This document shows positions 19,196 through 29,503 of a DNA stretch of 64,000 bases, one piece after another (positions within the stretch are counted from its first letter, which is position 1; each line of letters opens with the position of its first letter). The stretch spans positions 63,742 through 127,741 of IMG/VR virus record IMGVR_UViG_3300009008_000009; one strand, written 5' to 3'. The notes beneath the pieces are model-generated. The model was not told where the DNA came from. It made no database searches and worked only from the letters and a program-made list of their open reading frames with translations. Position numbers and translations under genes: made by a program. Origin of the DNA: a virus.

Positions 19196-19343
19196 CTAGT
19201 CCTTTCTGCGCTTCAGTAATGGCCCGCATTAATGGCTCCCTATAACATAACTAATTCAGTACACCATATAGCCATTGAATTTTTCATTGCATGTACATTT
19301 TGAATTGTGAATAGTTGCGTAGCAGTCACCAGCTAGGACATGT

Positions 19344-19883
19344 TCAGTTACCCATCCCCATTCTGCTGAGTTTATCTTGTGTATCTTGATCTATTGATAT
19401 ACCCTTAACTTCAGTTTTCTTCTGACGACGTTTACCCTTACCTGACCTCATGTCTCTACGGCATAAGTTGAACATGCTAATGTTCCAAAGATACTTAATC
19501 TCCGGAACCCGTCCAGACTTAAAAAGAGGATCATCTGTGAAAAGATAGAATACGTAATCTCGCATCGCCTCAGGTGCCAGCTCGTTGTTGTTCATGAACA
19601 TTGTAATCTTACCAGCAACGTACGTCCTGTTCCTGAACTGAGATTCGTACGTTTCATGCAGATGCTCCTTGTACAGACTTTCGAAGTAGGTTATAAACTC
19701 ACTACCCTTCCACCCGGACACGTCAGCTGCTGTTGACACGGCTTCCTTCTTAGCCGTCTCCTTCGCTGCCTTACTCTGTAGATCTTCAACTTGCTGTTCA
19801 AGCTCGATCACGTATCCAACAAGATCAATAACAAATGGATCAATACCACGATATCGCTCTCGAATAAGATCTTCGTTAGCCAC
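19344..19883 (-). CDS. Hypothetical protein, possible replication initiator
   Basis: 179 aa upstream of the loader and helicase; helical; function inferred from position only. Confidence 0.45.
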   Translation of the reverse strand: MANEDLIRERYRGIDPFVIDLVGYVIELEQQVEDLQSKAAKETAKKEAVSTAADVSGWKGSEFITYFESLYKEHLHETYESQFRNRTYVAGKITMFMNNNELAPEAMRDYVFYLFTDDPLFKSGRVPEIKYLWNISMFNLCRRDMRSGKGKRRQKKTEVKGISIDQDTQDKLSRMGMGN

Positions 19884-21393
19884 TTAGTGCCACCAAGTTT
19901 CTGAACCGAACAATCAAACGGGTTCGGAAGTCCCTGATCTGGACGTTGAACATCGGCTCCGCATTATAAAATTCTAGTCTCCGCTTCGAATGCTTACTAA
20001 GATGTTTCTCTTCATGTATAAAGTCAACGAAGGTGCCTCTCGTCTTTCCCGGGGCAGGAGTCATCATCCGCATCCTCTGAAAGATACGTCTGGAGTCCTG
20101 TCCGCCGTCAGCGTTGATACCAACATCAAGGGTTGGAATGTCAATCCCCTCGTTGATCACGTTGCTGACTATGCACATAAGACGCTTCTCTGCCAGCCTT
20201 TTATAGGCGTTCTGGCGGATTGCTCCGCGCTCGCTCCCGGTTATCGCCACAGCCCCGTGAATCCGCTTTGCCAGCTCACGTGTGTGCTGGACCTGCGTCG
20301 TCATAATTGCGACGCTACGGCCCCGCTTAATACTGGCTCGAGCAAAGCCAACGATCATGTACGTCTTAATAGGGTTGTTAGCAACGGCGGCGGAATAGAT
20401 ACTAGTGTAGTGCCCGGCGTAACAGAATATACGAGGTAACTTATACATTATGATATCAACTGGAAGCAGGTGCCCTCGTTTGATCATCCACGAGTACCGC
20501 TTCCGGTAAATGATAGGCCCGACAACCTCTTCAAGTAGTAGATCTGAGTTATCATCGGTCCATGGAGTACCTGAAAGACCCATGACACAGAACGCTTTTC
20601 GCATCTGGCGAGCGGCCTTACGATAACTCGCTGCCGTCCCATGATGAATTTCATCCCAGATCACAACCTGAGCGCTGGATAGTAGTTTAACAACTGACGC
20701 CTTCCGCGCCAGTGACTTCTCAATCTTATCCCAGCGATCACGTTTCTCGTATTTGATCCGGTAAGCAGCACTGACCGACTGAATAGTCAGGACAGTGATA
20801 CCCTGTATATTAGTTTCGCCGTCACCGACAATACCAATCTCCTCGTCCAGCACCTCTTCAAGTGCATCCCGTGTCTGCCGAGCCAGATCAATACGTTCTA
20901 CAATAAACACGGCGGGACGGAACTCGTAAAGCTGGTCGAGTAGCCCTGCGGCGATTCGAGTCTTGCCGGTCCTTGGGGGGAGGTGAATGATGCCACGTGG
21001 GAATGGAATGCCTAACTCTTGATGAGTAAGTAGTGCCCGGATGGCTTCCTGCTGGTAGTCACGTAGATCACCCCAAGTTGGTCGTCCGTCGTCAAGCTGG
21101 TAGTACGGCAAGTCGCGGACGTCGGTGACTTCAAAGTCGGTGGAGTTTCGAATTGCAGACGAAGTTCTGGAGAGAAGACCAAGGCGGAAAGAGTGGTTCT
21201 TCGACATGAGATTGGTAAACCCATCCCATTTCTTAGATTGATAAGCGCTGGAGAACCAGAACGAGCTCCGGCGAAAAGCGAGAGACTTCTTTACAAGGCG
21301 GAGGATAGCTTTCTCATCCTTGGTGAAGTTCTCGTTACTTCCGTCGTCAGCGGTTACCTTTACTACGTCTCGTCCGACTATGACCTTGGCCAT
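19876..21393 (-). CDS. Superfamily 2 DNA helicase (UvsW/XPB-like)
   Basis: LRDYQ, PPRTGKT, DEIHH, SGTP, EGIDIP; ATG 21393 with GGAGGA RBS. Confidence 0.9.
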   Translation of the reverse strand: MAKVIVGRDVVKVTADDGSNENFTKDEKAILRLVKKSLAFRRSSFWFSSAYQSKKWDGFTNLMSKNHSFRLGLLSRTSSAIRNSTDFEVTDVRDLPYYQLDDGRPTWGDLRDYQQEAIRALLTHQELGIPFPRGIIHLPPRTGKTRIAAGLLDQLYEFRPAVFIVERIDLARQTRDALEEVLDEEIGIVGDGETNIQGITVLTIQSVSAAYRIKYEKRDRWDKIEKSLARKASVVKLLSSAQVVIWDEIHHGTAASYRKAARQMRKAFCVMGLSGTPWTDDNSDLLLEEVVGPIIYRKRYSWMIKRGHLLPVDIIMYKLPRIFCYAGHYTSIYSAAVANNPIKTYMIVGFARASIKRGRSVAIMTTQVQHTRELAKRIHGAVAITGSERGAIRQNAYKRLAEKRLMCIVSNVINEGIDIPTLDVGINADGGQDSRRIFQRMRMMTPAPGKTRGTFVDFIHEEKHLSKHSKRRLEFYNAEPMFNVQIRDFRTRLIVRFRNLVALSG

Positions 21394-21394
21394 G

Positions 21395-22057
21395 TCAAAC
21401 CCAATCCTCCACAGGTCCAACCGTCTCTTTTAACGACACAAGTGCCTTTCTCTTCAGGCGAGCCACCCAGTTAGATGTACATCCTAAATCGTCTGCGATC
21501 TCCTGCGTGGAACGTTCATCCGCATTATACATCTGGCGGAGAACCTCCTTCTGCTTTGGACTGATGTCGCCATTGGTCATGGACAGCATAACCTCGAGGA
21601 CATCCTTCTCTTGGAGTGCTTTCGCAATGAGAGTGTCGTGCTGGGAAAAGTAGGGAGAATCATCTGGTAAGTCAAGGTCGCTCATAGATCTCCGCGACCA
21701 CGTCTCCTCTCGCTTCCACAAGCTCGCCATGGCGTCTCGAATCCACCAGTACCCGTATGACATGTAACGAACACCGTGGCCGAGATCGAATCGGTCGATT
21801 CCAACTATGTCACCAAAGACCCCCTCTTGCACGAGGTCGGAAAGGAGTGGGTGGTTGTAACTAGTTTGCTTAATCGCTATTTGTACGATGAGGGGGTAGT
21901 GCAGGGTAATCAGTTTATTTCGTGATTCAATGTTCCCCCGCTTGGCCCCCCAAATCAAAAGGTGCTCGTGAATCGGACGAGGGGGAGTTATGTTAATCCC
22001 GCTCAACAGCGTGGAAGACTGATTCCATAGATGCCCGTTTTTCCGACCAGAAAGCAC
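21395..22057 (-). CDS. Phage-encoded sigma70-family RNA polymerase sigma factor
   Basis: Region 2 (DLVQEG...DRFD...YMSYGYWWIR) and region 4 HTH (STQEIADDLGCTSNWV...KAL). Confidence 0.88.
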   Translation of the reverse strand: MLSGRKNGHLWNQSSTLLSGINITPPRPIHEHLLIWGAKRGNIESRNKLITLHYPLIVQIAIKQTSYNHPLLSDLVQEGVFGDIVGIDRFDLGHGVRYMSYGYWWIRDAMASLWKREETWSRRSMSDLDLPDDSPYFSQHDTLIAKALQEKDVLEVMLSMTNGDISPKQKEVLRQMYNADERSTQEIADDLGCTSNWVARLKRKALVSLKETVGPVEDWV

Positions 22058-22068
22058 AGACTTCTCCG

Positions 22069-22377
22069 CTAACTTGGTATGTAAAGTGCTTGAACAACAT
22101 CACCTGCCTTCGTGTACCCGGTCATGATGATCGAAGTAGAATCGAGAGTGTACTCTAGACTACAGTGAAAGATACCATTCCGGAAAACAGTCATGGAGTC
22201 TGGGTTGGGGGCGTACGTAAGTACGAAGGTCTCACCAGTTGTTGCTCCAGTTGCTGTAAAGAACTGGCGCTGGGGGAGCTTCAGTGGGCCTTCTGCGGTT
22301 GCAGTGGCGGCGCGGGCTTGTTCATCAAGTCTGAGTTTTGTCTCCGCCACTGTAGTCCTCGTTGCTTGGTAACCCAA
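22069..22377 (-). CDS. Small virion/tail-associated beta-domain protein
   Basis: C-terminal domain (FVL...VFRNG...YTL...V..LY) paralogous to the C-terminus of 22432..23121; TTG start uncertain. Confidence 0.6.
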   Translation of the reverse strand: MGYQATRTTVAETKLRLDEQARAATATAEGPLKLPQRQFFTATGATTGETFVLTYAPNPDSMTVFRNGIFHCSLEYTLDSTSIIMTGYTKAGDVVQALYIPS

Positions 22378-22431
22378 ATCCGTAACTACTCACGGCAAAT
22401 ATACCAAGCAATTATAACTAAATGCACATTA

Positions 22432-23121
22432 TCAAGAAGCGTAGTAATCGATAACCACCGCCTCATTTTCATCGATGGTTCTAACGAATGTTATTGTTTT
22501 GTCACCATCAAAGGTAAAGTCACCCGGGGGTCTTACCCTTAATCCATTCACATGAACACGGAGAGTTGATTCTCTAGCAGTTTGAGAAAGAACAAAGTCT
22601 TTCTGACCGCCAGAAGCGATATTACCGGTAAAATCTTGGCTGTATTCCGTGTTCGCAGTCGATGATTGGAGTGTGTAAGAAGCTGCATAGGGAGATATTG
22701 CACTAAACTCCCAGTACATTACACCTAACGATCTAGCTGTACCATCAGTCCCGATTGGATTGATTAGGTACCAGTACCGTTGTGTGTATCCAGTTGCGCC
22801 TGCGTCATAGCAGGTTCCTGTGGATGTGGCTGCGCCAAAGTAGGGAGAGAATGGCTGTGCTGGTACGGTCTTTATGTACGTCCAAAGACCTGATCCGGAA
22901 GCTGGAATTGTGGCTGGGTCGCCTGTACTCTGCGCTGCTCGGTAAACGTCAAAGGCAACGGGTGCGGACTCAACACCACCAGACGTAGTCCACGACCAGT
23001 CAACCCGAACAGCCTCAAGCTCCCCGAATGCGGCCAGTGTGTCAAATGACCCGAGAGGCTCGGAGTACCCGATCTTCTTGGCGTAGTACTGCTTACCACC
23101 TGTTCGTCTGGTAGTTAACAT
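22432..23121 (-). CDS. Virion structural protein (FN3-like plus beta domain)
   Basis: VDWSW...FDVYR...YWY FN3-like pattern; tail-module context. Confidence 0.6.
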   Translation of the reverse strand: MLTTRRTGGKQYYAKKIGYSEPLGSFDTLAAFGELEAVRVDWSWTTSGGVESAPVAFDVYRAAQSTGDPATIPASGSGLWTYIKTVPAQPFSPYFGAATSTGTCYDAGATGYTQRYWYLINPIGTDGTARSLGVMYWEFSAISPYAASYTLQSSTANTEYSQDFTGNIASGGQKDFVLSQTARESTLRVHVNGLRVRPPGDFTFDGDKTITFVRTIDENEAVVIDYYAS

Positions 23122-23964
23122 CTATTCTACCTTCAAGTACAATCCGTACCCTGAACACCAGCTTTCGTTATCAGCCCACAACCTAGAGTATATGATATTG
23201 TCCTCAAGGTTGAGCACAGAGAATACTTTGCTGGTATCTTCAAACGTGTCGAAGAAACCGATACGCGCCCATTTGAGCGATTCAAGCTGGATGGTATAAA
23301 GTGCCCGCTCCTCCTGATTCACAACGGCGCTGAACTTCTTATCGAGAATCGTGCTTGGAACCCCTGCAATGTAGTTCTGTATGATCTCCTTACCAGACTT
23401 AACCACATAGCTTCCGGGCGGTAAGTAGGTCTCCCAAACCCCACGACTGTCGCTGTAAGCCGACGAGACAAGCCGGTCAGTGACGATATTATGGAAGTCA
23501 ATTCTACGACCAGAGAGACCTCGCCCTACAGTTGGGACTCGACCCGGAAACACATACAGCCTATCCCTGTAGCTAACAATCCGCCCGGCAAAGTACTCCA
23601 CGTCCTCGTTTCCAAGTGCAAGAACACGCTCACCAGCAAAGGTCATCCTGACGACCATGATATTGGTTGAGCCAGTTACCTGTACAATTGTGTTCAGAAG
23701 ATCAACCGCCGTATCCTGATCGTAAACGGTCGTCCACGTTGTTCCACTGTCGGCTGAAACCTCAATGGTGAAGTTCTTCGATGCGTCGTTAAAGAAGTAA
23801 GACGACATCAGGAACGCGGTCACGGTATTCCACTCGTCATCGTTCCCTGACGCGTGGTCTTCATCGACATTGAAATTATACGGCGCAGAGATGTATACCA
23901 GCCCACTTGAATTGATGACTGGTATTGTGTACCGATCAGATCTTGCTCGGAGTGGTGCGGCCAT
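23122..23964 (-). CDS. Putative tail/baseplate structural protein
   Basis: Beta-rich; FTIEVSADSGTTW discoidin-like motif. Confidence 0.55.
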   Translation of the reverse strand: MAAPLRARSDRYTIPVINSSGLVYISAPYNFNVDEDHASGNDDEWNTVTAFLMSSYFFNDASKNFTIEVSADSGTTWTTVYDQDTAVDLLNTIVQVTGSTNIMVVRMTFAGERVLALGNEDVEYFAGRIVSYRDRLYVFPGRVPTVGRGLSGRRIDFHNIVTDRLVSSAYSDSRGVWETYLPPGSYVVKSGKEIIQNYIAGVPSTILDKKFSAVVNQEERALYTIQLESLKWARIGFFDTFEDTSKVFSVLNLEDNIIYSRLWADNESWCSGYGLYLKVE

Positions 23965-24758
23965 TAGATAGTACCAACCATGTGAACCGAGGCTCGAACG
24001 TCAATCTGGGTATTTTCATTCTTGAACTCAGCCAAGAGACCAGCTGGGCGGACCTGACTTGGGGGCCGACCTACAAACACGCTGTCGCTGTTAACTAAGT
24101 TCTCAGTGATTCCAGTGTCATCGTCTCCGAATAGGAAGTACCGCCCGTCGACGCTAGCACCTGTCGGCGCACGTACAGACATCTCAACGTTTTCAAGGGT
24201 CGGTGCCGAAAACTGAATGCCACCGTTCTCTGCCTCCGACACAACAACAGGACTGGTGGGATCGATTACAAGAATCGCGCTCTGGATATCCGCGATAAGG
24301 TTGACAACGGATCGACTCGTCCCAGACGGGACGGTGAGGTCTGTCAGTAGAGAATAGCCTGTACCAGTTATACCAAACCAAAAGATCAGTGGTGCTGTAA
24401 TATCAAGCACTCGATTATCATAGACATAGTAATTGAAGTACTCGTCGTTGACGACCGTGGTCCCAGACGCGGAGAGTGTGAGTTTTGGCGCGGTTGCCAT
24501 CGAGCTAGATCGGTTCTCCTTGGTGATTACCCACATCATGGTAATCGTCTTCTCACCATCTTTCCCTGCCCGAACGGACTCGGTGTTTGATGTAGATGCC
24601 CCCGTTGGGGATGGAACAAATACATCCACTGACTTATAAAACGTGGTGCCACTGAGACGACTCTCAGTAGATGCAATGAACTCACCAACCTTGTCGCCAC
24701 CGTCAAACGAGGTACTGGACAGCACATTTGTAGCCATGTTCGTTTTAATCGTCAGCAT
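23964..24758 (-). CDS. Putative tail structural protein
   Basis: 264-aa S/T-rich beta protein in the tail module. Confidence 0.55.
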   Translation of the reverse strand: MLTIKTNMATNVLSSTSFDGGDKVGEFIASTESRLSGTTFYKSVDVFVPSPTGASTSNTESVRAGKDGEKTITMMWVITKENRSSSMATAPKLTLSASGTTVVNDEYFNYYVYDNRVLDITAPLIFWFGITGTGYSLLTDLTVPSGTSRSVVNLIADIQSAILVIDPTSPVVVSEAENGGIQFSAPTLENVEMSVRAPTGASVDGRYFLFGDDDTGITENLVNSDSVFVGRPPSQVRPAGLLAEFKNENTQIDVRASVHMVGTI

Positions 24759-24767
24759 ACGATCCTC

Positions 24768-25205
24768 TTACGCCGGAACGTTCTTACCAATAATCAAGAT
24801 CTCAACATCAATGGTCTGATCTTCATCGTTTGATATCTTGAGATACCAGTTTGCGTTCGTTGTACTGTTGAACAGAAAGTCGGAGTTGCTTTGAGGACTC
24901 CAATCCCCAACAATGGAAAACGAAGTCCCGAATGCACTCCAGAACTGCCCATCGTCTTTATCATCAAATACACGAAACTTAGCTCGAGACGAACAGTAGA
25001 CGATCACTGCCCACGTATAGTCAAAGATCTCCGCGAACTCGATGTTGACCGAGTCCCCCGAAGGAAGTGCCAAGCGCGGAGTCTGATGACTGTACTGAAG
25101 CCCGTATCGATTACTGGCCGTGACCTTAAAGTCGTCAATGGTGTCGCCAGTTGCGTTCAGCGCGTAGGTCTTCAGGGAATGTGTTATGAATAATCTCTTA
25201 TCCAT
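24768..25205 (-). CDS. Putative structural protein
   Basis: 145-aa beta-rich ORF in the tail module. Confidence 0.55.
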   Translation of the reverse strand: MDKRLFITHSLKTYALNATGDTIDDFKVTASNRYGLQYSHQTPRLALPSGDSVNIEFAEIFDYTWAVIVYCSSRAKFRVFDDKDDGQFWSAFGTSFSIVGDWSPQSNSDFLFNSTTNANWYLKISNDEDQTIDVEILIIGKNVPA

Positions 25206-25208
25206 CTA

Positions 25209-27932
25209 TTACTGGCTCCCCTCTCCAGATGTGTATTCTTGCGATTGGTTTACAACCGCAATGATCTGTGGGTTAACCCCGGCGATCTGGTTCTCGGCTA
25301 TGTTCGGCGGCGTCACGTCGTTCTGCTCGTACCATGCAACCGCAAATAGTTTCAGTGTCTTGCTGGCTGTCGCCGCTGTACCGTCTATGCGAAGAGTCGC
25401 ACCACCGTCGGCCTGAATGCTAAGGGTACCGGCCTGCCTGACCATCGCCCCGAGCATTGATTGATCCCATGCAATAGCGATGTGGTCCTCAGCGTCCGGA
25501 GCACCAATCGGATGAATCTTGAAGTCAATGGTGTCCCCGGTCGGAAGGTCAGATGAATATACAAGAATTGTCATGTACCGAACGGTGAATGAGAATGGGA
25601 AGTCGATGAGATATTCTGTCAGACCGTCGTCGGCAGGGGTCGTCCCAGTCTCGTAGGTGATTGGGCCTAAGTTGTAAGCTGACAATCCATAGTACCCAGT
25701 GGGAACCCCAACCTCGACCAACTTGGACTGCTCGTTGCTGGAAATCTGTCCGGCCCTGTCCACCGCCCTGATCTTGGCGGAAAGAACGTCACCAGCTTGT
25801 ACCGGAATTGTAAGCCGTGGTGGGACAGTGTACATCTGATATGACTCATCGTCGTCAAATCCCGGTGTGCTGCCGTCCAGTGTATAAGCTATCTCGTAGC
25901 CAACCGCCCGAGAGAGGTTCCTCCACTTGAGGAACACGCGACCTGCGGCGATGCGATGCTGGACTTCCGGCATCACAAGTTGGTCGTTGATTCCAGCCAC
26001 AATAATACGCTGAGTGCAGTAATCACTGGTCTGCCCTCTGGTGCCTACAGCTCGTACCTTAACTCCGTAGGTCACTCCCATGAGCACCGGGTTCAGCATA
26101 TAGTACATTCGAGTCGGCGATTGCTGTTGGCGGACCACAGCTTCAAACGACATCTCTTTCCCAGTCCATGGGTCGGTCACAATGGGTAGCTTGTTTCCGG
26201 GGTCGGAGATGATCAGCCCACCCTGCCCGGGAAGGGTTACCAAGTTCGGAGTGCTGAGTACATCAATAATCACCTCGTAGGATTTTGCCCCGGGGGTGAC
26301 GTAGAACGTTCCTGAGTGATCTTCTCCGTCGTAGTCATAGTCAGATTGTGGTGCGCAGTAAACTGTAGACGCGGTGTTACCCGTGATCTCGTGCCAGTAC
26401 ACCTCAGCTGATAGACTCTCGAAGACCAAGTACCACCCAGCCAGATCCTCCGTTGTGCCGCTGTCGTTTGTCAGCGACATACTAACCGGAACTTCAAATG
26501 TCCGAGTGTCCCCGGTGGTGCTCGTCCACTGGCCACCAGCACCTTCCCAACCCCACGTGGCGGCAAGGAATGGTCCGCTGGGCTGCTGGAACGCTGGATT
26601 AGCAGACATGCGTTCCCGGGCCGTGCGAGACGTAATCAAGTTATCGTCGATGCTTTTCGGAGTGTGTTGCATGTAACCGGAGTACAACTTGAGGTTCCGT
26701 GGAATTGCAGGAGCAACTGGACCTGTATACGTTACTGCGAACACACGCTCATTGCTTGTGACCTGCCCAGCCCCGTCAACCCCGCGAACTCTGATGTACC
26801 ACTTCTCGCCAACCTCGGCAAAGATCTGACTGCGGCCAGAGTAACCTGACCATTGGAGGTATGAGTAGTTTGGTGTTCCCCCAGTGATGGTAGAAGACTT
26901 ATCTGCGAATACCTCGTAACGTGTGATTCCGGTTGCACTGGAATCAGTGATATCCCATGTGAGTTCAATACCCCAGTGCAGCTGGTTTGAATCCACTGAC
27001 GGCATCGTTGACGTACTCACCGCCCCAGCTGTTATTGTAGACGACGTGCGTCCGCTGCCCACAATGGGGACAGGACCAGCACTGACCGCATGAACCTCAG
27101 CCTCCCACTTCGTACCCGGCTGTAGCCCGTAGAAAGTGGTGCCGTTGAGCGCACTGGACCCTCGGATGAACTGGGTCTGGGTGGTGCCTGAGGGTGATGA
27201 CGCGCCGTTAGTGTCATATTCATTCAACTTGACAAAGTACCCAAAAACACCGTCCTCGTGCCACGAGTTAGGCCAAGTCACAGTGACGTACGCCGTCGAC
27301 ACCCCGTTACCAGTCGCCTTGTCAAATGAGTACAGAATGTTCTCGGAGTCGAGACCCGTAACAAGAGTGGCATAGGCTGGCCTTGTTGGTATCTCGGTAT
27401 TCGACATGCTGAGAATGCGACGACCCGTGGACTGGTCGGTTAGGCTATCAATGGTAATATTATCACCAGCATCAATTTCTTTGATCGCACCAAGAACAAC
27501 CTCGGTCAAAACCCCTGTCGAGTTGGAAAGAGCAAAGGCAGTACTTCCGGACGCAGTCCCCCGACGCGTTGCATGATCTTCACCGGTGATTTGATGGGTT
27601 CGTGTACTCGAGTCAACGACAACCTTCTGCATCACAATGTATGTCGTACCGGTTGCGAACATGGACGCCGTAGTCAAACCAGTAATTGACCCACCTGTGC
27701 TGTATAGGTAGTCTCCACCCGGGGTGTAAGCACCCCCAGCAGATATGTCAATGGTTCCGGCAACAGTCGACGTCGGCTTCAAAACATCGTCTGAAACGGT
27801 GTCGGCAACAATTCCCGGTTCGCGGTAAGTTTGATTCCAACGACGGAGAATATCATCGTTCAGATATTCCTGAAGGGTAGTAAGATCGTCAGAATAAAAC
27901 TCCACTCCGTCTGGAAAAAGTACCTTATTCAT
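25209..27932 (-). CDS. Baseplate/tail-fibre protein with multiple FN3 domains
   Basis: Repeated FN3 signatures (VTW...GLQPGTKW, LTW...YIRVRGVD, YGVKVRAV, LKW...KIRAVD); follows the baseplate genes. Confidence 0.72.
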   Translation of the reverse strand: MNKVLFPDGVEFYSDDLTTLQEYLNDDILRRWNQTYREPGIVADTVSDDVLKPTSTVAGTIDISAGGAYTPGGDYLYSTGGSITGLTTASMFATGTTYIVMQKVVVDSSTRTHQITGEDHATRRGTASGSTAFALSNSTGVLTEVVLGAIKEIDAGDNITIDSLTDQSTGRRILSMSNTEIPTRPAYATLVTGLDSENILYSFDKATGNGVSTAYVTVTWPNSWHEDGVFGYFVKLNEYDTNGASSPSGTTQTQFIRGSSALNGTTFYGLQPGTKWEAEVHAVSAGPVPIVGSGRTSSTITAGAVSTSTMPSVDSNQLHWGIELTWDITDSSATGITRYEVFADKSSTITGGTPNYSYLQWSGYSGRSQIFAEVGEKWYIRVRGVDGAGQVTSNERVFAVTYTGPVAPAIPRNLKLYSGYMQHTPKSIDDNLITSRTARERMSANPAFQQPSGPFLAATWGWEGAGGQWTSTTGDTRTFEVPVSMSLTNDSGTTEDLAGWYLVFESLSAEVYWHEITGNTASTVYCAPQSDYDYDGEDHSGTFYVTPGAKSYEVIIDVLSTPNLVTLPGQGGLIISDPGNKLPIVTDPWTGKEMSFEAVVRQQQSPTRMYYMLNPVLMGVTYGVKVRAVGTRGQTSDYCTQRIIVAGINDQLVMPEVQHRIAAGRVFLKWRNLSRAVGYEIAYTLDGSTPGFDDDESYQMYTVPPRLTIPVQAGDVLSAKIRAVDRAGQISSNEQSKLVEVGVPTGYYGLSAYNLGPITYETGTTPADDGLTEYLIDFPFSFTVRYMTILVYSSDLPTGDTIDFKIHPIGAPDAEDHIAIAWDQSMLGAMVRQAGTLSIQADGGATLRIDGTAATASKTLKLFAVAWYEQNDVTPPNIAENQIAGVNPQIIAVVNQSQEYTSGEGSQ

Positions 27933-29503
27933 TCTATGACTCCGTTGTACCCGTACCCATACAAATGATAGACATCAGGACTTGGGTCCGTGCCCTGATT
28001 TGATAGAAGGAGGTAACCTTTTCCTTGCATGGGTATTACGTTTGGAATGAAGGTCAACATCCACGCAATTTCCTCAGCCGTAAATGGAGTGATTCTCTTC
28101 ACGAACAAGTCAAAGTCGTGTGCTGCGTTGTATCGGCTGACGTTCCACGCCCCGTGCCCCGGGGATATTGTACTTGTTATCTCAGAGATATCTTTCATGA
28201 TACCCCCGGGCGCGTACAGCTCAATGTCAATACGAGCGAGTGGGAAGACCCCCCGGTTCGCTGCGGTGTAGCTAACCGTGACCCCCGAGCCTGCCGGGTC
28301 AAAGACGGTCGCGTCCAACCGGGTACCGAGATCAACGATAGCTGTAGATCTGAGATCGGAGTCCTGTACAATCCGACTCGACCCAAGCAGATCGTAGAAC
28401 AGATTGTTGTATCCATCGTAAGAAATGATCTCGTCAATACTGGTCGGGATCTGCTCAAGGATCACGTACTTCCCGCCCACAATTCCAGTTATAGATCCGT
28501 CGGTGTCGGTCTGAATCGTGCGGATAGTTTGTGAGTACTGCATAGTCGGAGTTGTAATTTCAGCGGAGTTGAATATCGTATCCCCGGTTCGAAACGTTCC
28601 GTCCAGCTGAATGTCCGGACTACTAACTGGTGCACCACCGGGGTTCAAGTACGCCCATGTCACCCCGGTTGAGACCACCAAGTAGAATAGAGTCGCTGCT
28701 GTTCTGACATTGACTTCTGCGTACTGTACATTGTACAACCTATTCTGAATTCGAACCTTACCGGCGTTGACGATAACTGTAGTCGTGTCGGCTGTTGGTG
28801 CTGTCCGTGAGCACTGCATAAACGGAACGGCGACAGATCCCGGGTAGTGCCAAGCATACCCACGTGGAATGGCCTGTGAATCGTCAGCGGCGAGCGCGTA
28901 ACCAGAGTCATCAATGCTCTTTGTTACCGCACCCTGCTGGTAAATACCAAGGGCCGTGCGTAGGAGAGTAATGTATTGATCTACTGTGTACCCTGAGATT
29001 CGAGAGACGTTGAGCCAGTCGCCCCACGTCTCCGATATAGCGTTTGGGGACGGTGATTGGTATCCACCATAGTTATCTGGGACTGTTCCACCGTTCTTGA
29101 GATATCCATTTGCCCACGCCTCGTAAGTCTTATCAGCGTACGTGCGCAGCACCTCCGTCATTGGAGCCACTACAGCATAGACAAGGTCGGCAACAAAGGC
29201 AACCTCAGCATTCTCAACTCCATTTACCACTTGAATGTTATTGAACCCAGCTACAGGCACCAGTGTAAAGCTGAATGTCGTCTGGCCGGAGCGGGTCATG
29301 TAAACTTCAGAGTTATGGTAGACCGTGGTCGTGTTACCACTGGTGGCCCCACTCACTGTAAGCGTAACACCTGACGTGGACAACGGAAGAGTACTTACAC
29401 CAGTGTCGTAGATAAACTTATCCATCTGCTCCTTGTACTTACGGAGCGTGCGGTCATCGTCTGAACGCAACGGGACGGATGTCATGCTGACGGTTAGAGC
29501 CAT
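27929..29503 (-). CDS. Baseplate wedge protein (gpI-like position)
   Basis: Immediately after baseplate J; ISETWG...YITLLR segment. Confidence 0.55.
   Translation of the reverse strand: MALTVSMTSVPLRSDDDRTLRKYKEQMDKFIYDTGVSTLPLSTSGVTLTVSGATSGNTTTVYHNSEVYMTRSGQTTFSFTLVPVAGFNNIQVVNGVENAEVAFVADLVYAVVAPMTEVLRTYADKTYEAWANGYLKNGGTVPDNYGGYQSPSPNAISETWGDWLNVSRISGYTVDQYITLLRTALGIYQQGAVTKSIDDSGYALAADDSQAIPRGYAWHYPGSVAVPFMQCSRTAPTADTTTVIVNAGKVRIQNRLYNVQYAEVNVRTAATLFYLVVSTGVTWAYLNPGGAPVSSPDIQLDGTFRTGDTIFNSAEITTPTMQYSQTIRTIQTDTDGSITGIVGGKYVILEQIPTSIDEIISYDGYNNLFYDLLGSSRIVQDSDLRSTAIVDLGTRLDATVFDPAGSGVTVSYTAANRGVFPLARIDIELYAPGGIMKDISEITSTISPGHGAWNVSRYNAAHDFDLFVKRITPFTAEEIAWMLTFIPNVIPMQGKGYLLLSNQGTDPSPDVYHLYGYGYNGVIE

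Noticed and set aside
5369-20516. CTATCATT copies at 5369, 15059 and 20509
   Set aside because: Deep inside coding regions and far from start codons; treated as probable chance matches.
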